Origin: an uncultured bacterium
GTDB lineage: Bacteria > Eisenbacteria > RBG-16-71-46 > DASYSL01
Reading direction: 5' to 3'
Assembly: GCA_964386525.1 (NCBI GenBank)
Contig: CAYLSO010000258.1
Location: forward strand, 1 to 47,535
DNA length: 47,535 nucleotides
The notes beneath the pieces were generated by a model. The model was not told the DNA's origin, ran no database searches, and saw nothing but the letters and a program-made list of their open reading frames with translations. The stretch's first letter is position 1. Each line of letters starts with the position of its first letter. Below are positions 19,516-28,295 of the stretch, in pieces. Made by a program: the position numbers and the translations under genes.

Positions 19516-20451
19516 CTAGCGGAAGGGGTTCAGCCCCGCGAAACCCATGAACGCGAGGGCGAACAGGCCGGTCAGCGCGAACGCGATGGGCAGGCCCTCG
19601 AAGCTCTTGGGGACCCGCGCCAGCTCGGCCTTCTCGCGCGCGCACGACATCAGGAACAGGGCGATGGCGAACCCCGCGCCCGACCCCACGGCCAGAGCCA
19701 GGGCCTCCCAGGGCCCGGCGTTGGCCGAAGCGTTGAGCAGCGGCACCGCCAGGATGATGCAGTTCGTGGTGATCAGCATCAAGTAGATGCCGAACTTCTG
19801 GTGCAGCAAGCGGTTGAGCTTCTTGAGCACGGTGTCCACCAGCTGCACCAGGAAGGCGACGATGCCGATGAACACCAGCACCTGCAGGAAGCGCAGGTCG
19901 AGCGGGCTCAGCACGTACGTGTAGATGGCCCACGACAGCATGGCGCTGGCCACCATGACCACCGTGAAGGTGATCCCCATGCCGATGGAGGTGTCCTGCC
20001 GCTTGGACACGCCGAAGAACACGCACAGCCCGAGGTAGCGCGTGAACACGAAGTTGTTGATCAGCGACGCCGACAGCACCACCGAGAGCAGCAGCGCCCA
20101 GGCGGCGGGCTTGACCTCGCGCACGGCCCGCGGGCGGTGGATCTCGAGCCGGTAGTGGTTCTGCGGGCTCACCGTCTGCGCCAGCGTGAGCCACAGCTTG
20201 CCGTCCGGCCGCACCGTGACCTCCGTCACCTCCATGGCCACGTCCGGCGCCAGCGCCTCGGTGACGCGGAAGTTGCCCGGCGACAGGTCGGCCACCGGCT
20301 GGCCCAGCTGCACCAGCACGTGGTGGGGCGCCAGCATGCGGGCGTTCTCGATCACCGGCGCGGCGGCCGCCGCGGCCCCCCCGGCCCACAGCGCCGCCAC
20401 GGCGGCCGCCAGGGCGCCGGCGGCCGCCCGCGTCCGCATCCGCCTAGCCAT
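19516..20451 (-). CDS. rnfA: Rnf complex subunit A with a ~113-aa N-terminal exported extension
   Basis: The C-terminal ~195 aa (LLLSVVLSASLINNFVFTRYLGLCVFFGVS...TNCIILAVPL...) is canonical RnfA/NqrE. The N-terminal part (MARRMRTRAAAGALAAAVAALWAGGAAAAAAP...) has a signal/anchor followed by a beta-rich segment. A strong GGAGGAGGGG RBS precedes ATG 20451. Confidence 0.85.
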   Translation of the reverse strand: MARRMRTRAAAGALAAAVAALWAGGAAAAAAPVIENARMLAPHHVLVQLGQPVADLSPGNFRVTEALAPDVAMEVTEVTVRPDGKLWLTLAQTVSPQNHYRLEIHRPRAVREVKPAAWALLLSVVLSASLINNFVFTRYLGLCVFFGVSKRQDTSIGMGITFTVVMVASAMLSWAIYTYVLSPLDLRFLQVLVFIGIVAFLVQLVDTVLKKLNRLLHQKFGIYLMLITTNCIILAVPLLNASANAGPWEALALAVGSGAGFAIALFLMSCAREKAELARVPKSFEGLPIAFALTGLFALAFMGFAGLNPFR

Positions 20452-21109
20452 GCGCCCCTCCTCCCCCGCCGGGCCGCCGGGCCGCGCCGCCGGACAGGCG
20501 CCGCTCGACCAAGTTGAAGAACGCCATGAGCAGCGCGATCGAGAAGAACCCGCCGGCCGGCAGGATGAAGAACAGGAGCGGCTTGTGCGGCAGGAGGGCG
20601 TGCCCGGCGATGGCGCCGCCGCCCAGCAGCTCGCGGAAGGCGCCGATCACGACCAGCGCGAACAGGAAGCCGAGACCCATGCCGAGGCCGTCGAAGAAGG
20701 TCGGCACCAGCGGTTGCTTGGAGGCGAACAGCTCGAGGCGCGAGATGATGATGGCGAAGGCCACGATGAGCTTCACGTAGAGGCCGACCTGCGCGTACAG
20801 CGCCGGGAAGAACGCCGCCAGCACCATGTCGATGCAGCTCACCCACACGGCGATGATGATGGTGTAGACCGGGATGCGCACCCGCGGGTGGATGCTGCGC
20901 CGGACCAGCGCCACGCTGACGCTCGACAGCACTTGCACCACCAGCACCGCCACGCCCAGGATGAGGCCGTTCATCACCGTGGTGGTGACGGCCACCGCCG
21001 GGCACAGCGACAGCGCCAGCCGGAACACCGGGTTCTCGGCGAAGATGCCGTTGAGCAGCAGCCGGCCGGCGCCGGGCGCCGGGGGCCGCGGGACGGCGGC
21101 GGTGCTCAT
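20444..21109 (-). CDS. rnfE: Rnf complex subunit E
   Basis: LLLNGIFAENPVFRLALSLCPAVAVTTTVMNGL... is the RnfE/NqrD pattern. The ATG overlaps the rnfG stop (ATGA at 21106-21109) and a GGAGAG RBS is present. Confidence 0.9.
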   Translation of the reverse strand: MSTAAVPRPPAPGAGRLLLNGIFAENPVFRLALSLCPAVAVTTTVMNGLILGVAVLVVQVLSSVSVALVRRSIHPRVRIPVYTIIIAVWVSCIDMVLAAFFPALYAQVGLYVKLIVAFAIIISRLELFASKQPLVPTFFDGLGMGLGFLFALVVIGAFRELLGGGAIAGHALLPHKPLLFFILPAGGFFSIALLMAFFNLVERRLSGGAARRPGGGGGAHG

Positions 21110-21975
21110 GGCTTCTCTCCCAGCAGCGGAGAGACCAGCGACCAGCGGTAGCGGAAGCGGTTCACGGTGCTGCGCACCCCCATGGTGAGGGCCCGACTCG
21201 AGATGGTGGCGCCGGTGACGGCGTACACCGGCTGGACGCTCTCGCGCTCCAGGAGCCCGCCGTAGCGCGAGCGCCATTGCGCCGGCGGCAGGCGCTGCAG
21301 CTCGAGCAGGGCGGCCCGCCAGTCCTCGGGCATGGGGTCCTTGGTCACGTCCAGCGTGCTGGCGCCCTCGGCCGTGCGGCCGAAGTATTGCCCCTGAAAC
21401 CACGGGGCGGCGATCTCGGCGCCCAGCCCCGGGTCCTCCTCGTGCTCGATGACCCGCACCCCGAGGATGTCGAAGGCGGCGTCGAGGGCCACGAAGAAGC
21501 GCACGATGTTCTTGTAGCCGCGCGTCTCGCCCTCGATGACGAAACCGGTGGTGGAGTCGCCCTGCATGGCCACGAAGATGCGGCCCAGCGGCTTGAGCCC
21601 CTCCTCGGCCTCGCCGCCGCGCAGCCCGGCGCGGGCCCGCCCGAGCAGCTGGCCGCTCAGCGCGAAGGTCAGCTCGGTGCCGGTCTCGGCGCCCCTGGGC
21701 GCGGCGCGATAGACCACCTGGTCGCGCGCCGGGTCGAGGTACTGGCGGATCTCGACGACGCTGGCGTCGGGGCCGAGGCGCAGCAGCTGCGCGATGGAGC
21801 GGTGCTCGGAAGCGGCGCGCGCCACCTCCTGGTAGCGGTTGGTGGCCACGTAGGTGGCGCCCAGGATGGCCCCGCCGAGGGCGCAGTAGAGCGTCACCGA
21901 GCCGGCGATGCGCAGGATCTCGCCCAGCGGCCGGCCCTCGCCGCGCGGCGCCGGTGCGGCGGTCGGACGGTTCAC
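21106..21975 (-). CDS. rnfG: Rnf complex subunit G (FMN-binding)
   Basis: A TM anchor is followed by an FMN_bind-like domain with the flavinylation motif AVTGATISSRA. The GTG start overlaps the rnfD stop (GTGA at 21972-21975). At 289 aa it is longer than typical RnfG. Confidence 0.8.
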   Translation of the reverse strand: MNRPTAAPAPRGEGRPLGEILRIAGSVTLYCALGGAILGATYVATNRYQEVARAASEHRSIAQLLRLGPDASVVEIRQYLDPARDQVVYRAAPRGAETGTELTFALSGQLLGRARAGLRGGEAEEGLKPLGRIFVAMQGDSTTGFVIEGETRGYKNIVRFFVALDAAFDILGVRVIEHEEDPGLGAEIAAPWFQGQYFGRTAEGASTLDVTKDPMPEDWRAALLELQRLPPAQWRSRYGGLLERESVQPVYAVTGATISSRALTMGVRSTVNRFRYRWSLVSPLLGEKP

Positions 21976-22952
21976 GACGGCACCCCCACGGGCATGGTGC
22001 GCGGCGGCCGGAACCAGTTGTTGAGCGCCGGCGTCAGCGTGTTGCCGATGAGGATGGCGTAGCAGATGCCCTCGGGGTAGCCGCCGTAGACCCGGATCAG
22101 GCCGGTGAGCACCCCGACCACCAAGCCGAAGACGATCTGACCGTTGCGGGTCTTGGGCGAGGTGACGTAGTCGGTGGCCATGAAGAAGGCCCCGAGCCAC
22201 AGCCCGCCGCTCAGCAGGTGCAGGGCGCTGGCGCCGGTGAACGAGGTCACCAGGGCGACGCCGCCGATGACGCTCAGCGGGATGGTGGGCTTGATGATGT
22301 CGCGGATCAGAAGCACCAGCGCCCCCAGCCCCAGCATGGCCACCGAGACCTCGCCGATGGAGCCCGGGCGCAGGCCCATGATGAGGCTCACGTAGGGGCC
22401 GCCGGGCCCGCTCAGCAGCTGCATCGCCTTCTCCGGCCCCTGCTCGCGCAGCACCACCAGCGGCGTCGCCGTGGTCACCGCCTGCAGCTTGTCGCCGTAC
22501 CAGAGGCGCGGCCAGGCCCAACCGGTGGTCATGACCACCGGGAAGGTGGCGAGCATGAAGGCGCGCCCGATCATCGCCGGGTTGAAGAGGTTGTAGCCCA
22601 GGCCGCCGAAGATCATCTTGCCGAAGACGACGGCGAACGCCCCGCCGAGGGCCGCCTGCCAGGGGGCCACCAGCGGGGGCAGCGTCAGGGCCAGCAGCAA
22701 TCCGGTGCAGAACGCGCTGCCGTCGCGCAGCGAGCTGCGCGCCTTCATGGCCCGCGCCGCCAACCACTCCCCGATCAGGGCCCCGGCGACGGAGCCCACG
22801 ATCACCCACGCGGCGCGAGGGCCGAAGAGGAAAATCCCCCAGGCGCTGGCCGGCAGCAGCGCGCCGTTCACCCACCACATGATCTCCGCGGTGGAGGCCC
22901 CGGCGCGCACGTGCGGGCCCGGGGCGACGACGAAGCGGCGCTCCTCGCTCAT
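21972..22952 (-). CDS. rnfD: Rnf complex subunit D
   Basis: MSEERRFVVAPGPHVRAG...FNPAMIGRAF...GAFFMATDYVTSP... is the RnfD/NqrB pattern. The ATG overlaps the rnfC stop (ATGA at 22949-22952). Confidence 0.9.
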   Translation of the reverse strand: MSEERRFVVAPGPHVRAGASTAEIMWWVNGALLPASAWGIFLFGPRAAWVIVGSVAGALIGEWLAARAMKARSSLRDGSAFCTGLLLALTLPPLVAPWQAALGGAFAVVFGKMIFGGLGYNLFNPAMIGRAFMLATFPVVMTTGWAWPRLWYGDKLQAVTTATPLVVLREQGPEKAMQLLSGPGGPYVSLIMGLRPGSIGEVSVAMLGLGALVLLIRDIIKPTIPLSVIGGVALVTSFTGASALHLLSGGLWLGAFFMATDYVTSPKTRNGQIVFGLVVGVLTGLIRVYGGYPEGICYAILIGNTLTPALNNWFRPPRTMPVGVPS

Positions 22953-24298
22953 CCGGCCTTCACCTGGCGGGCCCGGCGCAGCGCCGACTTGGCGATCTGC
23001 ATGAACTGCAGGAGCGGGCGCTCCGCCGGGCAGACGTAGGTGCAGCAGCCGCACTCGTAGCAGTCGGTCGCGCCGAACGGGTCGGTGTCCAGGGTGCGCC
23101 CCGCCTCGACCCGCACCGACACCGCGTCGGGCTCGAGGCCGAGCGGGCACGCCTCGATGCATCGCCCGCACTGGATGCAGGGGTGGTAGCCCCCCTCGAG
23201 GGGGCCAGCGCCGGTGAGCAGCGTCAGCCCGTTCATGCCCTTGAGCAGCGGCAGGTCGAGGCGCGGCAGCGCCCGCCCCATCATCGGGCCGCCGGCCACC
23301 AGGCGGGTGGTGCCGTCGGCCATGCCGCCGCAGAAGCTCACCAGCTGGCTGAGCGGCGTGCCGAGCGGGGCGAGGACGTTCTTGGGGTCCAGGATGCCCG
23401 GGCCGGTGACCGTGATGACGCGGTCGAGCAGCGGCCGGCGGTAGCGCACCGCCTCGTACACCGCCTGTGCCGTGGCCACGTTCTGCACCAGAACGCCCAC
23501 CGCCAGCGGCAGGGCCCGCGCCGGCACCACGCGGCCGGTGAGCGAGGTCACCAGCTGGCGCTCGGCCCCCTGCGGGTAGCGCACCTCGCAGGGCACGACC
23601 TCCACGGGGAGGCCGCCGGGGATCTCCGCCGCGGCGCGCTCGAGCGGCTCTCTGGCCTCGAGCTTGTCGGCCTCGATGCCGATGAGCACGCGCCCGCCGC
23701 CGGTCAGCCGCGCCATGAGGCGCGCGCCCTCCACGACCTCGAGCGGGTGGGCGAGCATGGTGCGGAAGTCGGCGGTCAGGAACGGCTCGCACTCCGAGCC
23801 GTTGATGACCACGGTGTCGACGGTCGTGCCCTCGGGCAGGGCGAGCTTGCGGAAGGTCGGGAACGCCGCCCCACCGAGGCCGACGATGCCGGCCTCGCGG
23901 ATGCGCGCCAGCATCTCGTCGCGCGGGCAGTCGCGCCAGAGCGGGTCTCCGGGGAACGCCAGCGGCGGCGGGGCGTCGGCCGCCGCTTCGATCACCATCA
24001 TGGGCGCGTTGACGAGCGTCGGATGCGGGCGTTTCACCGTCGGCTTGACCCGCCCCGAAAGGCTGGCGTGCACCGGCACGCCGCCGGGGCCGGCCTCGGC
24101 GACCTTCTGGCCGCGCGCCACCAGGTCGCCCTTCTTGACGATCTCGGTGGCGGTGGCGCCGAAGCTCTCCACCAGGGGAAGCCACACCTCGCGCGGCGGC
24201 GGCACGAGCGGCTCGATGGGCTTGTGCGCGGTGCGCTCCTTGCCCGAATCGACGTGGACCCCGCCCTTGCCGAAGCTCCGCAGCTGGATGGCCTGCAT
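22949..24298 (-). CDS. rnfC: Rnf complex subunit C (NADH-binding, 2x[4Fe-4S])
   Basis: GIVGLGGAAFPTFRK and INGSECEPFLTAD are present, along with the two cluster motifs CIQCGRCIEACP and CYECGCCTYVCP. The start MQAIQL lies 5 nt after the apbE stop. Confidence 0.9.
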   Translation of the reverse strand: MQAIQLRSFGKGGVHVDSGKERTAHKPIEPLVPPPREVWLPLVESFGATATEIVKKGDLVARGQKVAEAGPGGVPVHASLSGRVKPTVKRPHPTLVNAPMMVIEAAADAPPPLAFPGDPLWRDCPRDEMLARIREAGIVGLGGAAFPTFRKLALPEGTTVDTVVINGSECEPFLTADFRTMLAHPLEVVEGARLMARLTGGGRVLIGIEADKLEAREPLERAAAEIPGGLPVEVVPCEVRYPQGAERQLVTSLTGRVVPARALPLAVGVLVQNVATAQAVYEAVRYRRPLLDRVITVTGPGILDPKNVLAPLGTPLSQLVSFCGGMADGTTRLVAGGPMMGRALPRLDLPLLKGMNGLTLLTGAGPLEGGYHPCIQCGRCIEACPLGLEPDAVSVRVEAGRTLDTDPFGATDCYECGCCTYVCPAERPLLQFMQIAKSALRRARQVKAG

Positions 24299-24303
24299 CC
24301 CGC

Positions 24304-25323
24304 CTACCCGATGAAGTGGGCCGCCCGCGCCCCGGCCCAGCCGCGGAAGCGGTCGGGCCCGAGCAGGAAGGCGACGGTGGAGAGCACGTCGGATTCCGTG
24401 CCGGTGGCAGCCAGGATGCTGACGGAGAGCGGCCCGTCGGCCGGCCGCCCGCGGCGGGCGTCGAGCAGGTGGCCCACCTCGCGCGCGCCCAGCGGATGGT
24501 GCTGCTCGGCGTTGCCGCTGGTGGCCACGGCGGCGTCGCGCAGGTGGAAGGTGCGGTCGATGCGGCCGGTGGCCGGGTGGAGCACGCCCACCGCCCAGCC
24601 CGCCGCGCCGTCCTCCGGCACGCCCAGGCCGTAGACGTTGCCGCCCACGTCCACCAGGCCCGACTCGATCCCCGCGGCGCGCAGCGCGGCGACGGCGCGG
24701 TCGAGGGCCCAGCCCTTGCCGATGGAGCCCAGGTCGAGGCCGGCGCCGGAGCGCGCCAGGCCGAGAGTGCCGGCCGAGCGGTCCGCCACCACGTGCGACC
24801 AGCCGGTGCGCGCCAGCGCGTCGGCGATCTCGCGGTCGGTGGGGAAGCGCCGGCGTCCGGAATCGTAGAAGCCGTAGAGGCGCATGAGCGGCAGCACGGT
24901 CGGGTCGTAGACGCCGCCGCTGGCGCGGGCCGCCGCCGCGGCGCGCTCCGCGACCCCGAGCAGCGCGGCGTCCACGCGCACCGCGCCGCGCCCCGCCGCG
25001 GCGTTGACGCGCGCCAGCTGGCTGTCGGCGCGGTGCAGGCTCATCTGGGCGTCCACCGCCCGCAACGCGGCGAACGCCCCGGCGATGGCGCGCTCCGCCC
25101 GCGCGGGATCGCCGCTGCGGGCCACCACCCGCACCCAGGTCCCGAGGGCCGGGCGACTGGCTTCCACGCTCGTCGGCCGGGCGCCGCGGTCGCGCAAGAA
25201 CAGCGGAGCCACGGCGCCGGCGCCGGCGAGCGCGCCGAGGCCGGCGAGGAAGCGGCGTCGGCTCAGCGAGTCGCCGGCCGGCTGGCGCCAAAGCAGACGC
25301 CGTAGCAATGTATTTGCTTCCAT
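24304..25323 (-). CDS. apbE: FAD:protein FMN transferase (ApbE), Tat-exported
   Basis: Contains a twin-arginine motif (SRRRFLAGLGALAGAGA) and the ApbE core (DPTVLPLMRLYGF...LDLGSIGKGWALDRA). A GGAGGG RBS lies upstream. It is the first gene of the rnf operon. Confidence 0.85.
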   Translation of the reverse strand: MEANTLLRRLLWRQPAGDSLSRRRFLAGLGALAGAGAVAPLFLRDRGARPTSVEASRPALGTWVRVVARSGDPARAERAIAGAFAALRAVDAQMSLHRADSQLARVNAAAGRGAVRVDAALLGVAERAAAAARASGGVYDPTVLPLMRLYGFYDSGRRRFPTDREIADALARTGWSHVVADRSAGTLGLARSGAGLDLGSIGKGWALDRAVAALRAAGIESGLVDVGGNVYGLGVPEDGAAGWAVGVLHPATGRIDRTFHLRDAAVATSGNAEQHHPLGAREVGHLLDARRGRPADGPLSVSILAATGTESDVLSTVAFLLGPDRFRGWAGARAAHFIG

Positions 25324-25461
25324 GGGGTCCCTCCGCTGGGCTCAGAGCGCATTCTACACCTCGCGCGTTCCCGCAGAATCCTCTATCTTATCGAAGAACA
25401 GGCGGCAAGGGCCCGTCCGCCAAGCGAACCGGGCCCACCAGATCCAACGGGAGAAATCACG

Positions 25462-25668
25462 ATGGGCAAGCTGCCCGAGTTCTACGTCGATGCCGATCTC
25501 TGCACCGAGTGCGAGGACTGCTACAAGCTCCTTCCCGGCATCTTCCGCAAGGTGGACGGCGAGGAGATCGCCGAGGTGTTCAACACCGATATCGACGAGT
25601 CGCAGAAGCCGGCGGTCGAGAAGATCATGGCGGAGTGCCCCGGCCACGCCATCCTGTGGAAGAAGTGA
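25462..25668 (+). CDS. small single-cluster ferredoxin
   Basis: 68 aa with CTECEDC (CxxCxxC) near the N-terminus and a distal CP (AECPGHAI). GGGAGA lies upstream. It is transcribed divergently from apbE. Confidence 0.8.
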   Translation: MGKLPEFYVDADLCTECEDCYKLLPGIFRKVDGEEIAEVFNTDIDESQKPAVEKIMAECPGHAILWKK

Positions 25669-25820
25669 GGCGACCGTAACCGTCCCCGATCCGCAGACCA
25701 GCCTGCGGGATTCCGTCCTGGAGATCCGGGGCGACGGCAAGGCGGGCGGCGGCCTCCGTCGCGCTCAACACCCGCCACAGCCCCGAGGAGTGCGCGCGCC
25801 ACTGCCGCCTCTCGGGCCGC

Positions 25821-26021
25821 GTGTTCACGGTGCCCGGCGACGACATCGGGCGCAGGTACCTGAAAGCCGCCATCGGCAACGCCTCGGTCTACCTGATCAT
25901 GAAGGACAAGGAGACCGGGCAGCCGGTGGCGCGACCCGGCCGCGAGGAGCAGGTCGAGAAGCTGCGCGGCTGGGTGCAGGACAACGTCGAGCGGCTGTAC
26001 AAACCGGCCGAGCTGAAGTAG
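25821..26021 (+). CDS. hypothetical small protein (66 aa)
   Basis: GTG start. Strong GC3 codon bias suggests it is coding. I recognise no motif and see no convincing RBS. Confidence 0.4.
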   Translation: MFTVPGDDIGRRYLKAAIGNASVYLIMKDKETGQPVARPGREEQVEKLRGWVQDNVERLYKPAELK

Positions 26022-26045
26022 GACGCGGCCGCGCCGAGGGCCGCG

Positions 26046-28076
26046 CTACCCGTCGTACTCCGGCGCCGGCTTGCCCAGGAGCCACTTGTCGAACCAGGCG
26101 CGGATGTGGCGCTGGTTCTGCACGCGGCGCGACGGCGTGCCGCTGCGCGTCAGCTCGTGGCCCTCGCCCGGGAAGCGCACCATCACCGCCGCCTTGCCCT
26201 GCTGCTTGAGCGCCCGGAACATGGTCTCGCCCTGGCCGATGGGCGTGCGCCAGTCGGTCTCGCTGTGGATGATCATCAGCGGCGTCGTGATGCGCGCCGC
26301 GAAGCTCACCGGTGAGCGCTCGCGATACTCCTCGGGATCCTCGTAGGGCGGCTTGCGGAACCAGGTCGGCCGGAACAGCGCGAAGTCGGAGCTGTAGTAC
26401 ATGGAAGCCCAGTCCGCCACGCAGCGCTGCGTGACCGCCGCGGCGAAGCGGTCGGTCCGGGTCAGCAGCCAGTTGGTCAGGAGCCCCCCGCCGCTGCCGC
26501 CGGTCACGCCCAGCCGCCCCGGGTCCACGTAGCCGCGCCGGATCAGCTCGTCGACGCCGGCCATGAGGTCGCGGGCGTCGTCGCCGGGATAACGGTACTG
26601 GATGACGTCGCCGAACTCCTGCCCGTAGGTGGTGCTGCCGCGCGGGTTGGGGTAGAGCACGACGTAGCCGGCCGCGGCCAGCCCGCGGAATTCGTGGAAG
26701 AAGCCCGCCCCGTACGCCACGTGCGGCCCGCCGTGGATCTGGAGGACGAGCGGGTAGCGTCTGCCCGGATCGAAGTCCGGCGGCTTGACGATCCACGCCT
26801 GGATGCGGCGGCCGTCGAACGACGGGTACCAGATCTCCTCGACCTCGCCGAGCGGGGTCTCGGCGAGCAGGGCGGCGTTGGGGTCCCACAGCTCGCGCCG
26901 CTCGGCGCGCTCGACGTCGTGGAGGCAGAGCACGCCGGGGCGAGCGGGGCTGCCGAGGACGAGCGCGACCCGTCGCCCGTCGGCGCTGACGCTGCCGGCC
27001 TGCACCTCGAGCCCGTCGCCGGTCAGCTCCGCGACGCGACCGTCGGCCAGGCCGACCCGCGCCAGCCGGGCCGCGCCGTGCTTGCCGAGCACCGTGAGCA
27101 CCTCGCGGCCACCCGGCAGGAGAGCCAGAGGCATGGCGCCGGCGGCGCGCGGCGGGTGCGCGTCGGCGACGATGTACACGGCGCCGAACTCGAAGTCGCA
27201 GTCGGGCGCGACGACGCGCCCCGGGCGTCCCGCCGCCTCGAACAGGTAGAGCTGCGGCTGGTCGTAGGAGCGCGGCGGCTCGGTCGGACGGAAGCCGGTC
27301 GCGACCAGCCGTCCGTCCTCGGCCTGGGTGAAGGCCGTGAGCATCTGGCCGTCCCCCGCCGCGACCGCCAGGGCCGCCCCGTCGGTCGGCTCGGCGAGCC
27401 CGGGGTCGACGGCGTAGACCTCGGCGCGCTCGGCCTCGTTCCAAGGTTCGCGCCGCCGGTCGGAGAGAAAGAGCACCCGCCGCCCGTCGCGCGACCAGGC
27501 CGGCGCCTCGGCGGCGAACCCACCGCAGGTCAGCTGCCGCGCCTCCCCTCCCGCCGCCTCGATCACCCACACCTGCGGGCGGTGGGCGAAGTCGCAGAAG
27601 CCCTCGTTGTCGAGCCGGAACTCGGGGCGCGTCACGACGCGCGCCGGCTCGTTCTTGGGCTTCTTCTTCTCCGCCTCCTCGCCGTCGAGCGCGGGGTTGG
27701 TCTCGCTCAGGAAGGCGAGGCGCGTGCCGGCGGGAGACCACGCCGGGCTCGCCGCCCCCTTGGCCAGCGCGGTGAGCTTGACCGCCTCGCCGCCGGCCAT
27801 CGGCAGGAGATGGATCTGCGCCGCAGCCTTGGGGTCGGCCGCGCCGCGCACGAAGGCCAGCGTGCGGCCGTCCGGGGACCAGCGCGGCTGCGAGTCCCGG
27901 GGACCGCAGGTCAGCGGCCGGGGCTCGCCGCCGGCGGCATCGGACAGCATGAGGCAGGTGCGGTACTCGTCGGCCTCGGCGTCGATCCAGACCTTGGTGA
28001 AGGCGACGTTCGCGCCGTCGGGCGAGATCTGCGGGTCGGCGGCCCACACGAAGCGCAGCAGATCCTCTTCGCGCAT
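26046..28076 (-). CDS. S9 family serine peptidase (acylaminoacyl-peptidase / prolyl oligopeptidase-like) with N-terminal beta-propeller
   Basis: The N-terminal half has WSPDG-type propeller repeats (ISPDGANVAF, WSPDGRTLAF, WSPAGTRLAF). The C-terminal half has the GGSGGG nucleophile elbow, ...HSETDWRTP and ...FPGEGHEL. An AAGGAGAG RBS is present. Confidence 0.9.
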   Translation of the reverse strand: MREEDLLRFVWAADPQISPDGANVAFTKVWIDAEADEYRTCLMLSDAAGGEPRPLTCGPRDSQPRWSPDGRTLAFVRGAADPKAAAQIHLLPMAGGEAVKLTALAKGAASPAWSPAGTRLAFLSETNPALDGEEAEKKKPKNEPARVVTRPEFRLDNEGFCDFAHRPQVWVIEAAGGEARQLTCGGFAAEAPAWSRDGRRVLFLSDRRREPWNEAERAEVYAVDPGLAEPTDGAALAVAAGDGQMLTAFTQAEDGRLVATGFRPTEPPRSYDQPQLYLFEAAGRPGRVVAPDCDFEFGAVYIVADAHPPRAAGAMPLALLPGGREVLTVLGKHGAARLARVGLADGRVAELTGDGLEVQAGSVSADGRRVALVLGSPARPGVLCLHDVERAERRELWDPNAALLAETPLGEVEEIWYPSFDGRRIQAWIVKPPDFDPGRRYPLVLQIHGGPHVAYGAGFFHEFRGLAAAGYVVLYPNPRGSTTYGQEFGDVIQYRYPGDDARDLMAGVDELIRRGYVDPGRLGVTGGSGGGLLTNWLLTRTDRFAAAVTQRCVADWASMYYSSDFALFRPTWFRKPPYEDPEEYRERSPVSFAARITTPLMIIHSETDWRTPIGQGETMFRALKQQGKAAVMVRFPGEGHELTRSGTPSRRVQNQRHIRAWFDKWLLGKPAPEYDG

Positions 28077-28212
28077 GAGACGCTCTCTCCTTGTGGGGTG
28101 CGTTCGGTGGCGCCCGCTGCCGCGCAGCCGGGCGGCGGCTCGCGGCGGGCGGCGCCATCCTAGCGCATCGGCGCCCGTCGCGGCGCGGGGTTCGCGGCGG
28201 CGCTGGGTTCGC

Positions 28213-28255
28213 CGAAAACGATGCGGCCGGAAGGTCGAGGAGACCTCCCGGCCGC
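28213..28255 (-). terminator. intrinsic terminator of the LTD surface-protein gene
   Basis: On the minus strand, a 14-bp stem (GCGGCCGGGAGGTC / GACCTTCCGGCCGC, one mismatch) with a 5-nt loop is followed by ATCGTTTTCGG. Confidence 0.7.
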
Positions 28256-28295
28256 GGTAGCCCGGCGCGGCCCGCGTGGCGTCTTCAGACGGAGC

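Noticed and set aside
25680-25820. A possible upstream extension of the small ORF at 25821..26021 (the in-frame stretch contains PEECARHC)
   Set aside because: The frame is open back to 25680, but it contains no ATG, GTG or TTG start and no RBS. I kept only the GTG-initiated 66-aa ORF, at low confidence.
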